From positions 44,022,001 through 44,086,000 of the forward strand of contig NC_087245.1 in assembly GCF_037042905.1 (NCBI RefSeq): a DNA stretch of 64,000 nt. The letters are read 5' to 3'. The notes beneath the pieces are model-generated. The model was given only the letters and a program-made list of their open reading frames with translations. It was not told the DNA's origin and did not search any database. Shown piece by piece: positions 1-12,760 of this stretch; within the stretch, counting starts at the first letter, position 1, and each line of letters begins with the position of its first letter. Position numbers and translations under genes: made by a program. Source of the stretch: Lytechinus pictus. Its lineage: Eukaryota.

Positions 1-56
1 TTGTTGAATTTTTCTCTTTTTATTCAAATCAAGTTTTGTTGGGGTGGACTTGTCCT
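1..56. mobile_element. Right end of a Kolobok-like MITE (same family as 10028-11181)
   Basis: GGGGTGGACTTGTCCT terminus followed by TTAA, as in the 10.6 and 11.2 kb copies. Confidence 0.7.
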
Positions 57-84
57 TTAATCAATCAGTTCCATTATATTGTAG

Positions 85-475
85 AAATGATAAAGATACA
101 CGTAGGATGATAAATAACATTAAAAAAAAACAGGACATTGGAGGAAAGGAAGAAGAATGAGAGAGCAAATGAAATAAAAATGAAAATAAAATTAGAAAAA
201 ATAAGAAAGGAGGAGGAAGGGAAAGAATGAAAGAAAGAAAGAGAGAGAGAGAGAAAGAGATAAAAATGAAAAAAAGGAAGGAAAAAATGAATGAATGAAA
301 GAAAGAAAAAGGAAGAAAGGAAAGGAAAGAAAGGAAGATATAAAGAGAAAAAGAAGAGAGAAAAAAGAAAGAAAACAAAAGAGAAGAAAAGAGGAAAAGA
401 AAAAAAATCAAGAAGAATGAAAATAGGAAAAAAGAAAAAAAGGAAAGAAAGGAAGAGAAAGAGAGAAAAAGACAA
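85..475. repeat. Purine-rich (A/G) low-complexity tract
   Basis: Almost exclusively A and G; source of spurious F/S- and K/E/R-rich ORFs. Confidence 0.9.
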
Positions 476-2889
476 GGTTTATTCCATGTCACTTATAAAA
501 GACCCGGGGGGGGGGGGGGGGGTGATCAGGGCATCTTCTACACATTCATATACTGTATTAGTTCCATACACGTTCCTTGCTGTAACAAAAAATGTTACAA
601 AATATGCCCTATGCTATTATAACCATGAGCTATTACAGACTTTGGTATCATCATGGACCTATCATCCAAACCATTCCATCTCCTGACTACTCAAGTACAT
701 TCATATATGTATCTATGCATGTATATGTATCCTATGTGTATGTAGCAAGCCCCAAAAGTGAAAGAGGAGTATACCCTATTTGTTTAAATTCCACAAGATA
801 AGTAATGGTCAGAACAGCTGGATCCTAATCCCTCTCTTGCCCCTACTTCCACAAATCTGCTGTCAATCATGGTATCTACTGGCAACGGAGGGTTTCAGCA
901 AGCTCCGCCTTGTGTACACGTTTCGTGTACATTGGTCAAACATGTTGTAGACCCAGATCTGCAGGCTCTAGTAGACCTAGTCTGCTATGCAGACTCCTTG
1001 AATCAGCTGTGATACACACACTGCAGATGTGGGTCTACAGTTGTAGACTAGTTGGAATGCGGGGTAAGTTGAAACATTGTAACTTTCTTTAACACCTATA
1101 AATAAATTTATGGAATTCTGCCCTCTATTTATAACCATTGGCAACAGCCATCCACTATATTACAGACAACACATCTCCAACAAGCCTAGTGAAGTTAGAA
1201 AGGAATTTTTTGTTTTCACCTTCCGAGTAATTTTTTATTTCAGAAATGTTTTATTACCTTAGTTCAGGGGTATAATAGACATTTGTACCAAGCTACAAAA
1301 TAAGGTTATTAATATGCCATGGTGAATTCCCTTTTTTGTGCTGTAAGCTTGTACATGTCACATGGGCCTCTGGGGTTAGTTGGAACAAAATTGAAAGGGC
1401 TATTTGGAACAGCAAATGTGTTGGTCTAAAATCTTTAACTGCAATATATTTTGTAATTAGTTGCCAAATTAATTACCCAATGTATTTTTGTTTCACATGC
1501 GAGGTGCATTTTATAGGGTACAGTACCACACTCTGTATGTATCTCATGTTTGACGACAATGCTCATTAGTTCTTAGCATAATTTACCTTTTCATTCATTC
1601 ATTCAGTTCTGACCTTGAATTGTTGTATGGTATAATTAACTAGTTCAAAGTACAGTTAAAGGTGTGTGTTCCTATAATCATCCCCAACTTTGCCCTTACA
1701 TGTAGGCCTACCTAATGAGTAATGAGATTTTGGCATTATACATCTGTCATGATTAGAAGTGCATGAAGTGCAGAAGTACATGAAATTGCTGATACACTTT
1801 TTTCTTGTAAAATAAAACGCACACAAATATGCAGAATTCTACTACACAGTCGCCTTGCGTAAGTGGCTGTATATCATGTGTAATAGAAAACATAAAAGTT
1901 CCACAAATCAGAGAATACACACCTTTAATATGTTTAACTTGAAAAAATAAGCAAATAAGCTGAAACCATGTTATAGTATAATTCTTAATTGACCATGCAG
2001 TGTTCCAACTCACCCCATATATGTGGTAAGTTGGAACACATATGGGGTATAAAGTTGGAACACTTCAGATGGTCTTGTACAAGGTGGATTTTTTTTTGGT
2101 TACCATCATAGAGAAAGAATTTTATGGGTACATTTGTAGCCCTTAGATAAATGCTTTAAGCTGATATATTGATTGTTTCTTGAATAAAACCTATTCGGAC
2201 TTTACAGCAATTTTTGTAAAAAAATGTTCCAACCCCAATCTCCCCTACAGTATTGTTATGATATTTTTTTACTTTTTATCTTTGTGTACATAATTAAAGC
2301 CATTGGAAACCAAATTTCTTTGTATTGGTACATTGACCAATAAAAGAATCTTGAATATCAAGGTTGTGGTTTAACTATGGATAGCCATTTGTGACACAAA
2401 TCTTTCACAGTACAGGTATGATATATTTATTAGCTCATCTGTTACTGAGATCATTCATAACTGTCTGGGAATAATAACTTAATATTTTTTTCTCCATTAT
2501 AGCCTGATGAATGAGCACATTGAACATAAGAAACATACAATGTTAACAAGATTTTGACATTTATGGCCTCCCATAATTTTAACAGATGGTAACACTTCAG
2601 AATACAGACCCAAGTCTTTACTCATGACAAGTTCAACCTGTCTTCAAACATACTTTTGGTTTGATTCGTTACACCTATCCAATTCATCAGGTTTGTATCT
2701 TGTCCACACAAGATTTCTAAACCTTTCATTATTGCGAAAAGTTTTGGTGCATCTGTTGATCTGTCTTCAACAGAAAAGGAATTCCATTCACCAGATAACA
2801 TTCCTCTTGGATAAACAGTCTTGATCCTGTTCACGTTAGCAATGCCAGCATTGCAAGAATACATCGTCATCATATTGAATCCTGGTTCA

Positions 2890-3017
2890 TCATTCATTCC
2901 ATCTATGCCCACATTGTTGGTTACAGCACTTATAGAAGGTTGTCATTGGTTCATCGGCAGAACGAGTCTGCATTTGCATGAAGTATGCCCTTGGGTGCTC
3001 ACACTTGGGGCATTTTT
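2890..3017 (-). CDS. POLR3K: POLR3K coding exon 3 ([42 protein letters not shown])
   Basis: TFIIS-like C-terminal zinc ribbon with QTRSADEP motif; CAG acceptor; TGA stop at 2892-2890. Joined protein is 107 aa. Confidence 0.97.
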
Positions 3018-3320
3018 CTGTTTGTATAAGAGGAAAAGAGTGATTAGGTAATATCATGATTCTCATTGATTTCTTTATTCAAAGAATAAACAAAGGAGAC
3101 AAGAAATTCTATTTCAGAAGATATGCCCACAGAAAGAGTTCACCAATTTGGACAGATTTTTATTTTAATGAGGGGATAGCAGACCTTCATAAAGGACAAA
3201 GATCGCATGATTTTCCAGTTTTGATTGCTGTGCAGTATGAGTATCTATTTCAAACAATGGGACAATTGAGAATTGCAGATTTCTAAATTCTAATAAAACT
3301 GACAAATAAAATTAGCTCAC

Positions 3321-3408
3321 CAGCTGTTGAGTCAACATTCTCCCATGCGGCTGCACCACCTAAAACATCATCCACTTCTTTCAGACGAGGATATTTACGA
3401 TTGGTAAT
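3321..3408 (-). CDS. POLR3K: POLR3K coding exon 2 (ITNRKYPRLKEVDDVLGGAAAWENVDSTA)
   Basis: Conserved KEVDDVLGGAAAWENVD motif; AG acceptor at 3410-3409 and GTGAGC donor at 3320; 88 nt, phases compatible with both neighbours. Confidence 0.97.
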
Positions 3409-4945
3409 CTTATGGGAAGATATTAAAATAGACAACAACAAAAAAACATGATAGTTATTTCAGCGATTCACAAATATTTACAGATTGGTGTGTGTGTGTG
3501 TGTGTGTAGGGAGGGGGGGGGGGTAGCTTAACTTCTAAGATTATCCATGCTTAATCGACAATGCTCTTTTATCCTGCATTCAAATAAATGGAAATACTTT
3601 GTATAAGTAACTTTGGTGTGCACTTGTTTAAAAAAAGTAATTGCTGGTTTGTTTTCCAATATCCCAATATGAATATTTGTTATGGTTCTATACGACCAAG
3701 AGTATGACTTTTTATTCAAACACATCAGATTTCGTCAGGACTTAAAAATACATCTAGCTGAATCAGTCCAAACATCCAAGAGTAATATGCCTACAACTTT
3801 TAACTTGTGTATCAGGGCTCGCGATTAGCGGTGGCTAATGCCAATGGCGATCTGAAATGCCATGTTAAGTCTAGACTATAATGGGACAAAAAAATTATCC
3901 CACTTAAAAAAAACATTTTATCAAAATCCAATAACGGGTGTGTGTTGAAGAAGCATTGAGAACAGAAACATTAAAATTCACAATATCACTCAACGGAACA
4001 TCACAACCAAAATGTATGAATGTTACCCAAAATGTTCATAGAAATTAATTGACTAACTTGCCATCCTAGGCTTCAATCTTCTACAATCCTGATTCATTGT
4101 CTATATAAAAGAGTTTTAAAAGGCCACTCAACCTTTAGTCAGGCAGCAAATGTCTTCTACTTCGACAAATTGGCTTAGTCTGATTTTTCGCTTTTATGTG
4201 ATTGGTGACATCACAAGGAACAACTTCCAACTCGTTAAAAGCGGTTAGAATCTTAGAAGTTGGTTCTTTACAATAATGAATATGCGTATAATAAAAATGA
4301 ACATATTTACAATGATGAATACAATTGTTTGCGTTGTAAAAATATATGTTGCAAAAGGTTAATCAGGGGCGGATCCAGCTTTTTATAAAGGGGGGGGTTG
4401 GGGTGGTATGCGAGGGAGCGTAGCGACCGAGTCCAAGCGAGCGGAGCGAGCGAGGGGGGAGGGTGTGGGAGGGGGGTGTCCCCCCTCCCACAGTAGGGAA
4501 AATTTTTGAAAATCTGTGTGTGAAAATGGCGTTTTCTTGCATCTAAAACACCACTCTTTTTGGTATAGAGGTCGTTGCCAAATTAACCCCCAGGAAATCT
4601 GCATAAATCTTCACAAAATCCCCACCCAAACGTCACTTAAAATATCCCCAAAGTTGCCAAATTTTGACAGAAAATCCCCAAATTCGTTTTTCATAAAACT
4701 CAATATTATTTTCATTCCCAAATATTTATTTTTCATCCCCAAAGACTTCAACAATCCCCCCATTTTTTTTTCTTTTTAATGTGGGGATTTTGGGGATGAG
4801 AATCGGCAACGCTGGCCTAGCTTGTCACTTCGGCGGTGGCCCGTGTCCTCAAAAAAGCTGATGGGGGGGGGGGGGGGCAAGGGACTCTGTGACATTTGTT
4901 CGCCCAACCCCCCCCCCTCCCCCAAAAAGAAATAATAATAATAAT

Positions 4946-4982
<37 letters not shown>

Positions 4983-5329
4983 GAAATAAATACATAGAAA
5001 TAGAATAAAATAAAATTACAAGTTTTAAAAAAAAGATAAGATTTTAAAAAATGGTCCCCGGATTTTTTTTTTGGGGGGGGTTGCAACCCCCCCAACCCCC
5101 CCTCTAGATCCGCTTCTGAGTTAATACAACAACAATAATAAAACCCACTAGCTGTGTTTAACACATTTATATTGTATAACGCACTGGTTGTTTAACCACC
5201 CTGCCACTTCTAGTATTTACATTCACTCTGGTAAAGTTCTGTATTATTATCAAAAAGCCTTTCATCAATAAATGATTTAGAGAAGTACAACATTACTATT
5301 CTAATGACTTTTACAAATTTTTTCAAATG

Positions 5330-7240
5330 GCACCTTTTATTTACACTAAACAATCTTCCCATTTGGTAAGCACATGGTCTTATCAAATATTCTTAGGGTA
5401 TGTACATCTGTCTTTCTTTACTAAAAAAAGGACACACAAATAAATAATGGAACTCATCTTCAACTTCCTTCAGCGAGCATAATGGACATAAATCATCATT
5501 CACTGATTCTCGAGAAAATCAATTGTTATTGACGGGTAACCTATGAGACCTGCATCTGAATTTACACAATGTAGTTGCATCAATGTCACCTAAAATTAGG
5601 AAATATGTCTCAAACCCCAATTCTTTTTTCATCATCTTATAATTCAAACAAATACGATTAGACCATGTTGCTGCCTGCCAATCTTGTTCGGACATATCCT
5701 TTAAACGCAACTTCAAGGCTTTTAGAAACCAATCAGTCCCAATTCCCTTCCCTTGTGATAAAAACATGTTACCAAAACCTGCTTTCTGTAGTATATCTTC
5801 AATGCAACTCGACCATATTGACGTGAACTGCATAGTTAGATCTTGGTGCATATTAAAAACCAAGCTATAAAAGTGTACTTGTCCTCCTCACCTGTCACAA
5901 TTCTGAGCCAAAATCCAATCATTCTACAACTGATATGACTTAATAAAGTGGAGCGCCCAGTTTCTCCATATGCCATGGCATCTGGAGTAAACTTATTTAC
6001 CCATAAAATTGTTCTCAAGAACTTTCTGTGAAAAATTTCAATTTGAACAATATCTTCATAGCCCCATACTTCACACCCATATGTCAGTATTGGTAAAATC
6101 TTTCTATCATTAATAATTCACACTGTGTATCAATTGACAGTTTTAATATTTTTGCTTTTGCTAATAAACTGTACAAAGCTTTCCTTGCCTGGGATACCTG
6201 CTTTGTAACTGTTAATTTGAACGTACCATTATACTTAAATCTAACTCCCAAATAGATAAAATCATCCACAACCTCCAAAACGCCACCACTAAAGTTGAAA
6301 ATTTGTATTTTTCTTACCTTCCCTCGAGAAAATATAACGATTTTAGTCTTGCTAGTATTTACGGTTAATTGCCACTTCTGGCAATAATTATTAACTGCAT
6401 TCAAAGCAGATTGGAGCTGGTCTGGACTTTCAGCTAGAATAATAGTGTCGTCTGCATACAACAAACAATACAGATTAACAAAATTATCCAAAACCTTAAC
6501 TGCACATCTCACTGGCCAGATACTTCAGGCCTTCATAACATGAACCAATATAGCTGTCAAAATCATTCAAATAAATGGCAAACAATAATGGAGATAGATT
6601 TTCCCCTTGTCTTACGCCAACATTGCAAGTGAAATACTGTGACAAATTTCCCTTAACATTTACACATGACTTTGCATGCTGGTATTTGTTCTTATTCACT
6701 TTGAAGATTTTACCGCTAACTCCATTCTTCAACAGTTTCTGCCATAATGAGTATCTATCAATAAAATCAAAGGCTTTTTTATAATCAATAAATCCACAAT
6801 AAAGATGTTTGTTCTGCTGCACATAAATATCAATTATGCACTTCAACACGAATACATGGTCAGTTGTGGAGTAGCTTGCACGAAAACCTGCTTGCTCCTT
6901 CCCAATCTGACAATTTAAGTTAAAAAATTTAGTTAACCTTGAATTTAAAATAGAAGTAAATAGTTTTCCCAAACAACTACGTAATACCCCTGTAGTTATC
7001 TGGATCAGCAGCATCACCCTTGTTTTTGTAGATTGGAATGATTATGCCTGCACACCAATCTGTGGGTATACATACACCCTGTATCTAACACAACATTAAA
7101 AAAACGGACTATCATCATGATCATGTTTTTTGGGCAATTCTTAAAAATTCATTACGTAATTTATCAATACCACAAGCATTACCATTTTTTTTTAAATTTC
7201 TTTATCGTAGACACTACTTCTTCTGCAGAGAATGGATCAT
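5330..7240 (-). mobile_element. Degenerate 5'-truncated non-LTR retrotransposon (CR1/L2-group LINE) ORF2 reverse transcriptase in POLR3K intron 1
   Basis: Broken ORFs with QAGFR, FIDYKKAFD, GVRQGENLSPLLF, LLYADD, YLGV and C-terminal Cys/His (EDEFHYLFVCP) motifs; several frameshifts. Confidence 0.9.
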
Positions 7241-7859
7241 CTGCTTACCATCAAACAGGGTGACCAGACTCCTGTATTTCCCGGGATCGTCCCGTATTTT
7301 GCTCCTTTGTCCCGGCGTCCCGACAAACCCTTCCCGGGATGCCTATTTGTCCCGTATTTCAGAATATTGAGCAAAATGTAGTTAATACATTTAAAAGTGA
7401 TGAATTTTCATCAAATAACCAACCAGAAGCAGAGACAACAATAACATCGATAACTATGAGCTAGGCATGTAGGATCGGAGCAGATTCTCAATGGTGCAAA
7501 CAATGACATGATAAACAGTTTTCTATACCAAAATAATCACAAAGTCAGCGGGAAATTTGTATAATTATATTATGGATTCTTAGATTACTGATTAGGAGAT
7601 GTAATCGGGGGAAAAATTTATTGAGTTTTCAGTTTAACTAGATCTAATTGTTTCAGCTTTCATTTTGAGTCTTGTTGTGTATGATGCCGCGATGTTTCAT
7701 TTAATTTTTAAGTTGACTATGTTTCACTTTGAAATTTTATTCATTTCTAAAACATTTTAGTTTGTTAAAAATTATAAAAATATAATTAAAAAACATCAAA
7801 TATCATTATGATTTTTGTTAGATGATTGGATTGTTTCATTGATTGCTTGAAGTTTGAAC

Positions 7860-8550
7860 TTTTTACTCTTTCTTTCTTTTCTATCCTTCTTTCTTTATCT
7901 TTCTATCCTTTCTGCCTGCCCTTTTTTGTTCCATCTATCTTTATTTCCTATCTTTCTTTCCTGATGCTTTCTCTCTCTCTCTCTCTGTTCATTTTTCTTT
8001 CTTTCCTCCTTTCTCTTACCTGCCTTCTTTATTAAATCTCCCTTTATTTCTTTCATTCTTTCTTTCCTAACAATTTTCTTTGCTTCCTACTCCCTTCCTT
8101 TCCTTTTTCTTTTCGTTCTTTTCTCCTTCCATTATTTTCCTTTTTTCAATCTCTTATCCCTTCATTCTTCCTCCTTTCTTTCTTTCATTCTTTATTTTAT
8201 TTTCCTTCTAATTCTTTTCCCTTATTCTTTCTTTACCTCCCTTCCTTCCCTCCTTCCCCCTTCCTGTTTTTCTTTTTTTTTTGTGTTTCTTTCTTTCTTT
8301 CAAAGAATGAAGGAAACATTTTTCTTTCCTTCATTGTTTCTTTCCTCCTCCTTTTTTCTTACTTTTTTTTTTCTTTTGCTCCTTTTATTTTGTCTTTCAC
8401 ACATTTATTCATCTTCCCTTCCTTTATTTTTCTTTTTTTCTATATTCAATTCAAAGAATGACGGAAACCTTTTTTCTCTCTTTTATTTTTTCTTTCATCC
8501 TTCTTTCATTCGAACGTTCTTTTTTTTTTTTTTTTTTTTTTTCCTTCATT
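7860..8550. repeat. Pyrimidine-rich (C/T) low-complexity tract
   Basis: T/C-dominated sequence with poly-T runs. Confidence 0.9.
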
Positions 8551-10027
8551 TCAAATCAGACATCTAGAGCAAAAATCGTTAAAATTTAGTTATTTTAAAG
8601 TTTAAGAATGAGATTCTAGTTTGTCACGTTGAGCAGACTGGGCCTCTGAACTTTACCATTGTGATGCAATTGAAATGACGCCTCCCTGGCCTTGGGACGC
8701 AGTATCCAGCGTTGTCACAACTTGATTAACATTGTGGCGTATAGCACTGCGCGGTTCAGGGACGCGTACAAAAACGCGTAGAATACCCGGATATTAGCTC
8801 TGCCTTATTGCCCGCTACATTTTCCCATTGACTTTCCTGAGCGGGCAATAAATTGGGCCCGTGGATAAACAACTGGAAATTTATTAACCGGCCATTTGAT
8901 CCCAGTCTTAAGCAGGCAACAATGTTTCAAAGTTGCCCTGCTCAGATGTCTGATATACAGTTAATAATAAAAAATATCATCATGGAGTCCTCAAGGCTAG
9001 GTTGATACTAGACAGGAATAACCGTCGTTTCTGGGGACTTATTTAATAATTTCTGACATTTTACTATAATCCCCATATGTATTGGTGAGTGGAGCCAACG
9101 CAGTTCAGCGGAACCAAAATACAGAGACTGAAGCTTTTGGTCTAGGTTGATACATACAATTACAAGTAGCCTATGGCCTATGGGTGACGAACATACATGC
9201 CCTTGGCCCGGCCGCGCGTCCCTGGTGGGGGTAGTGGGGTAGGCATGGTACTCGCAGTGCCAGATTTACATGCCGAGGCTCCAACACGCTCGATATACCG
9301 GGTGGTAGTCGAGTCCGACCTCAACCAAATGTACGGTACCAGTAATATATGGAAAAGGTTTTATTCCCAGGGGGCAGTCAAATATATTGCTGTACACACG
9401 CGTGACCAAGTAATTTCCAAACACCCCCTAAGAGTTTTTCTCTGTGTACAAAGGCCCCTAAACAAGTTTTTCGCAGGCTTTATTTACACATTTTGGCCCC
9501 TATAACAAGTTGTCGCCAGAATATGACCCCTAAACAAGTCAGTTTTTCTACTTGCTAACAATAAGCTTAAAGAGACAAAACTATAATCATGGGTGCATGA
9601 CCCCCCCCCCCCCTGGCAGTTGAAACCTGGCGTTGAAACACCACACTTTTCAGAAACGAGGAGAAAAAAAACATACCCTAAATACGTTTGACCCCGCGAT
9701 TGACAATTTGACCAGTCTTTCAAAACCACCCTTTTTTCTGAAAATTTGTGTTTTTGATACCCTTTACGAGTGCACGCGCGGCCGCGCCCAAAACCGAAAA
9801 AATACCCCTTTTAACGTGTTTTTTTGGTCACGCGTGTGTATAACGTTTGACCAAAAGCTTCAATCTCTGTATTTTTTGTTGTTCCGCTGAACCACGTTGC
9901 CATTGGCTCCACTCAATAATAGATCTAACGTTACATAGACTGAAGAGTTGTTGGCCCGTGGCTATAGATCTAGACAACGTATAAGTTAACTAACGTTTTA
10001 TAGGTCGTGATTTAAAACTGTTTTTAA

Positions 10028-10630
10028 AAGTCAAGTCCACCCCAGGAAAATGCTGACTTGAATAGAGAAAAATTAAACTAGCATAGTGCTGAAAATTTCA
10101 TCAAAATCGGATGTAAAATAAAGTTATGACATTTTAAAGTTTCGCTTATTTTTCACAAAACAGTGATATGCACAACTAGATGAGTCAATCGATGATGTCC
10201 ATCACTCACTATTTCTCTTGTTTTTTATTGGTTGAATTATAATACAATATTTCATTTTTTTAAAATAGATTTGACATTAAGGACCAACTTGACGTTTGAC
10301 TGAACCATATAGTATTAAACAATGCTATTTCCACATGTTCAGGGAGGAATTAATTGTTGTATCACTTGATTATGAGGAGAAAATTAGAATATTTCATATT
10401 TCATATAATAAAACACAAAAGAAATAGTGAGTGGATGACGTCATAGTCTCCTCATTTGCATACCAGCCAGGATGTGCATAAGTAACTGTTTTGTGAAATT
10501 AAGCAAAACTTTAAAATGTCATAACTTTCTTATTTTACATCCGATTTCGATGAAATTTTCAGTGTTCTGCTTGTTGGATTTTTCTCTTTTTATTCAAATC
10601 AACTTTTTTTTGTTGGGGTGGACTTGTCCT
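10028..10630. mobile_element. Kolobok-like palindromic MITE, copy 1
   Basis: TIRs A(A/G)GTCAAGTCCACCCC / GGGGTGGACTTGTCCT flanked by TTAA; long internal inverted arms. Confidence 0.8.
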
Positions 10631-10634
10631 TTAA

Positions 10635-11181
10635 AGGTCAAGTCCACCCCAGAAAATTGTTGATTTGAATCGATAGAGAAAAATCAAACAAACATAACGC
10701 TGCAAATTTCATCGAAATCGGATGTAAAATAAGAAAGTTATTATGACATTTTTAAGTTTCACTTATTTTTCACAATCGCATTTGCATATCACTGAGTTGT
10801 GCATTTCACTGTTTAGTTTAATGCACAACTCAGTGATATGCAAATGCGAGAGTCAATGCACAATGATGTCCATCACTCACTATTTCTTTTGTTTATTATT
10901 GTTTGAATAATACAATATTTCAATTTTTACAGATTTGACAAGGACCAACTTAACTCAACCATAAAAAAACAATGGTAATTCCACATGTTCAGGGAGAAAT
11001 TAAACTTTGTTTCACTTGACCAGGATGCGCATAGGCCTATATCTGTTTTGTGAAATTAAGCGAAACTTTAAAATGTCATAACTTTATTTTACATCCGATT
11101 TTTATGAAATTTTCAGTGTTTTGCTTATTGGATTTTTCTCCTTTTTTTCAAATCAACCTTTTGTTGGGGTGGACTTGTCCT
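10635..11181. mobile_element. Kolobok-like palindromic MITE, copy 2, in tandem with copy 1
   Basis: Same TIRs; shares the TTAA at 10631-10634 with copy 1 and ends before TTAA 11182-11185. Confidence 0.8.
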
Positions 11182-11986
11182 TTAAGCGAAATTTACAGGT
11201 GAATGGGGATTATAATAGTGAAATGTCAGAAAAGGAAATCCCCAGACTGCCAGATTAAACGAAGGTTATTCCTGTCTAGAGTGTGTATGGTAGGGAGTCC
11301 TAATTTCCTAAAGCTGCGCGGGTCCTAAAGCTACGCACCACTCATCGTGCATGCAGTTTTTTATGGCAAATGCGCACTTTGTGTGTGGAATTGTGACTGC
11401 AGAGTGACGAACGATTCCTATTCAATTTTTTCTACAGAGGCTGCAGTAAATCCCTAAATGCAGAGAAAACCCGTAACTGTTTGGAGTTTTGGAGTTATAT
11501 TCGCTTTAATTTCATATTATCCTATAATAATATGAACACATTTTAGAAATTGAGGCACAGGAAATCCTATTTTACTGCATGATAAATTGATAGGACCCCT
11601 TCTAGGAGTTAGTAACATCGGGCGGCAAATTCAAGACAAAAGAGGTGTTCGGAAAACACGGAGGAATTTTCGTACTTACTTATAGTCATACTTTTAATTA
11701 TAACTTAGTGAGTTTTGTGATATTTTTTCTTGCTTAATGATCTTTAACATTGATTAGATTGTTTGCCACAAATTAGTGAAAGACAAGGAAGCCAAAGACA
11801 ATTTGTTCAAATATTAAAATTGGCATAGTTTTTATCGTTTGTAAACAAAGTGCGTGGCTTTAGGTCCCCCCATCATACAACAATATATTTGACTGCCCCC
11901 CCCCCCCGGTTTTATTCTATTCTATTTCTAATTCTAACGTTAGAATCTTAGAATAGATGATTCTCGAGTTCTCAACTGGCACTTAC

Positions 11987-12094
11987 TTTTCGGGTAACGT
12001 TGTGAACATATGGACATGTGTTGCAAGCGAACCGAAGACACTTTGGTCCCTCTTCAACAACCAAGACATTCGCGCAGGTTGGGCAGAACAACAT
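11987..12094 (-). CDS. POLR3K: RNA polymerase III subunit RPC10/RPC11, coding exon 1 of 3 (MLFCPTCANVLVVEEGPKCLRFACNTCPYVHNVTRK)
   Basis: Manual translation gives the N-terminal CxxC...CxxC zinc ribbon, closely matching known POLR3K. ATG at 12094; GTAAGT donor at 11986-11981 (phase 0). Confidence 0.96.
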
Positions 12095-12760
12095 TTCGAA
12101 AGATTTCTTCTTCTTCTTCTTCTTCTTCTTCAGGTTAATCTGCCTCCTTCAGGATTGAAGATTCTTGCAGATGGGGATTTACTCCCGAATTTACTCTCGC
12201 CTCTAGCTCTCGGTTCACGAGTCGTACATTGCCTGCCACAATCAAAGATACAAGGGGAAGATCGGACAGTACGGTACATCATAGACCGCGTAATGAAACT
12301 CTCGGGAAGAGCGCCCTACAGCGTTGAGTAAGTAACGACCTATTTTACCCTTGCGTCTCGCGGGATGGTTGTGTACAAAACATATGAGAGAAATGGTGAA
12401 GTGGTGAAGGAATAGACGATTTTTACATTTTTACATTTTTTTCATTCAATTTTTCCCCCTAAAATTTGAAATGAATATATTTCAGAGGTTTCTTGGTAAT
12501 AAAACGTGGAATTATTCCCATGTGCCACCCTTGAGTCCTCTCCAAACTCCTCTCTCTCATTTCCCCCATATGTTTTATACACAGTCGCGTGAATGCAAAG
12601 GTTTACTTTAATACTCAACGCTACTGGGCGCCCTTTCCCATGAGCATTTATAGAGCGTTTCAAAAAATCGTCGAAGTGTCCGGTCTTTGTATATATTTGC
12701 TGCAGAGACGTAGCTAGACGTAGACGTGAGTGAGTCAATTTTTCAAAAATGCGGATCGGA
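12095..12760. promoter_or_regulatory. Putative bidirectional promoter / 5' UTR region shared by POLR3K and METTL15
   Basis: CpG-richer island directly upstream of the POLR3K ATG. Plus-strand donor-like sites GA|GTAAGT (~12328) and AC|GTGAGT (~12726) could end a non-coding METTL15 first exon. (GAA)n tract just upstream of the POLR3K ATG. Confidence 0.55.

Larger units (their letters stand above)
9008..11279. mobile_element. Non-autonomous TIR element carrying nested insertions
   Basis: Inverted ends CTAGACAGGAATAACC (9008) / GGTTATTCCTGTCTAG (11279), with further inverted similarity inside (TCTGACATTTTACTATAATCCCCAT vs ATGGGGATTATAATAGTGAAATGTCAGA). Confidence 0.6.

Noticed and set aside
61..686. 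F/S/L-rich and K/E/R-rich ORFs (also 7826-8567)
   Set aside because: Translations of purine/pyrimidine low-complexity tracts with no domain features.
11957..12331. 124-aa plus-strand ORF with a poly-Leu run
   Set aside because: Antisense to POLR3K exon 1; the Leu run is the (CTT)n microsatellite.
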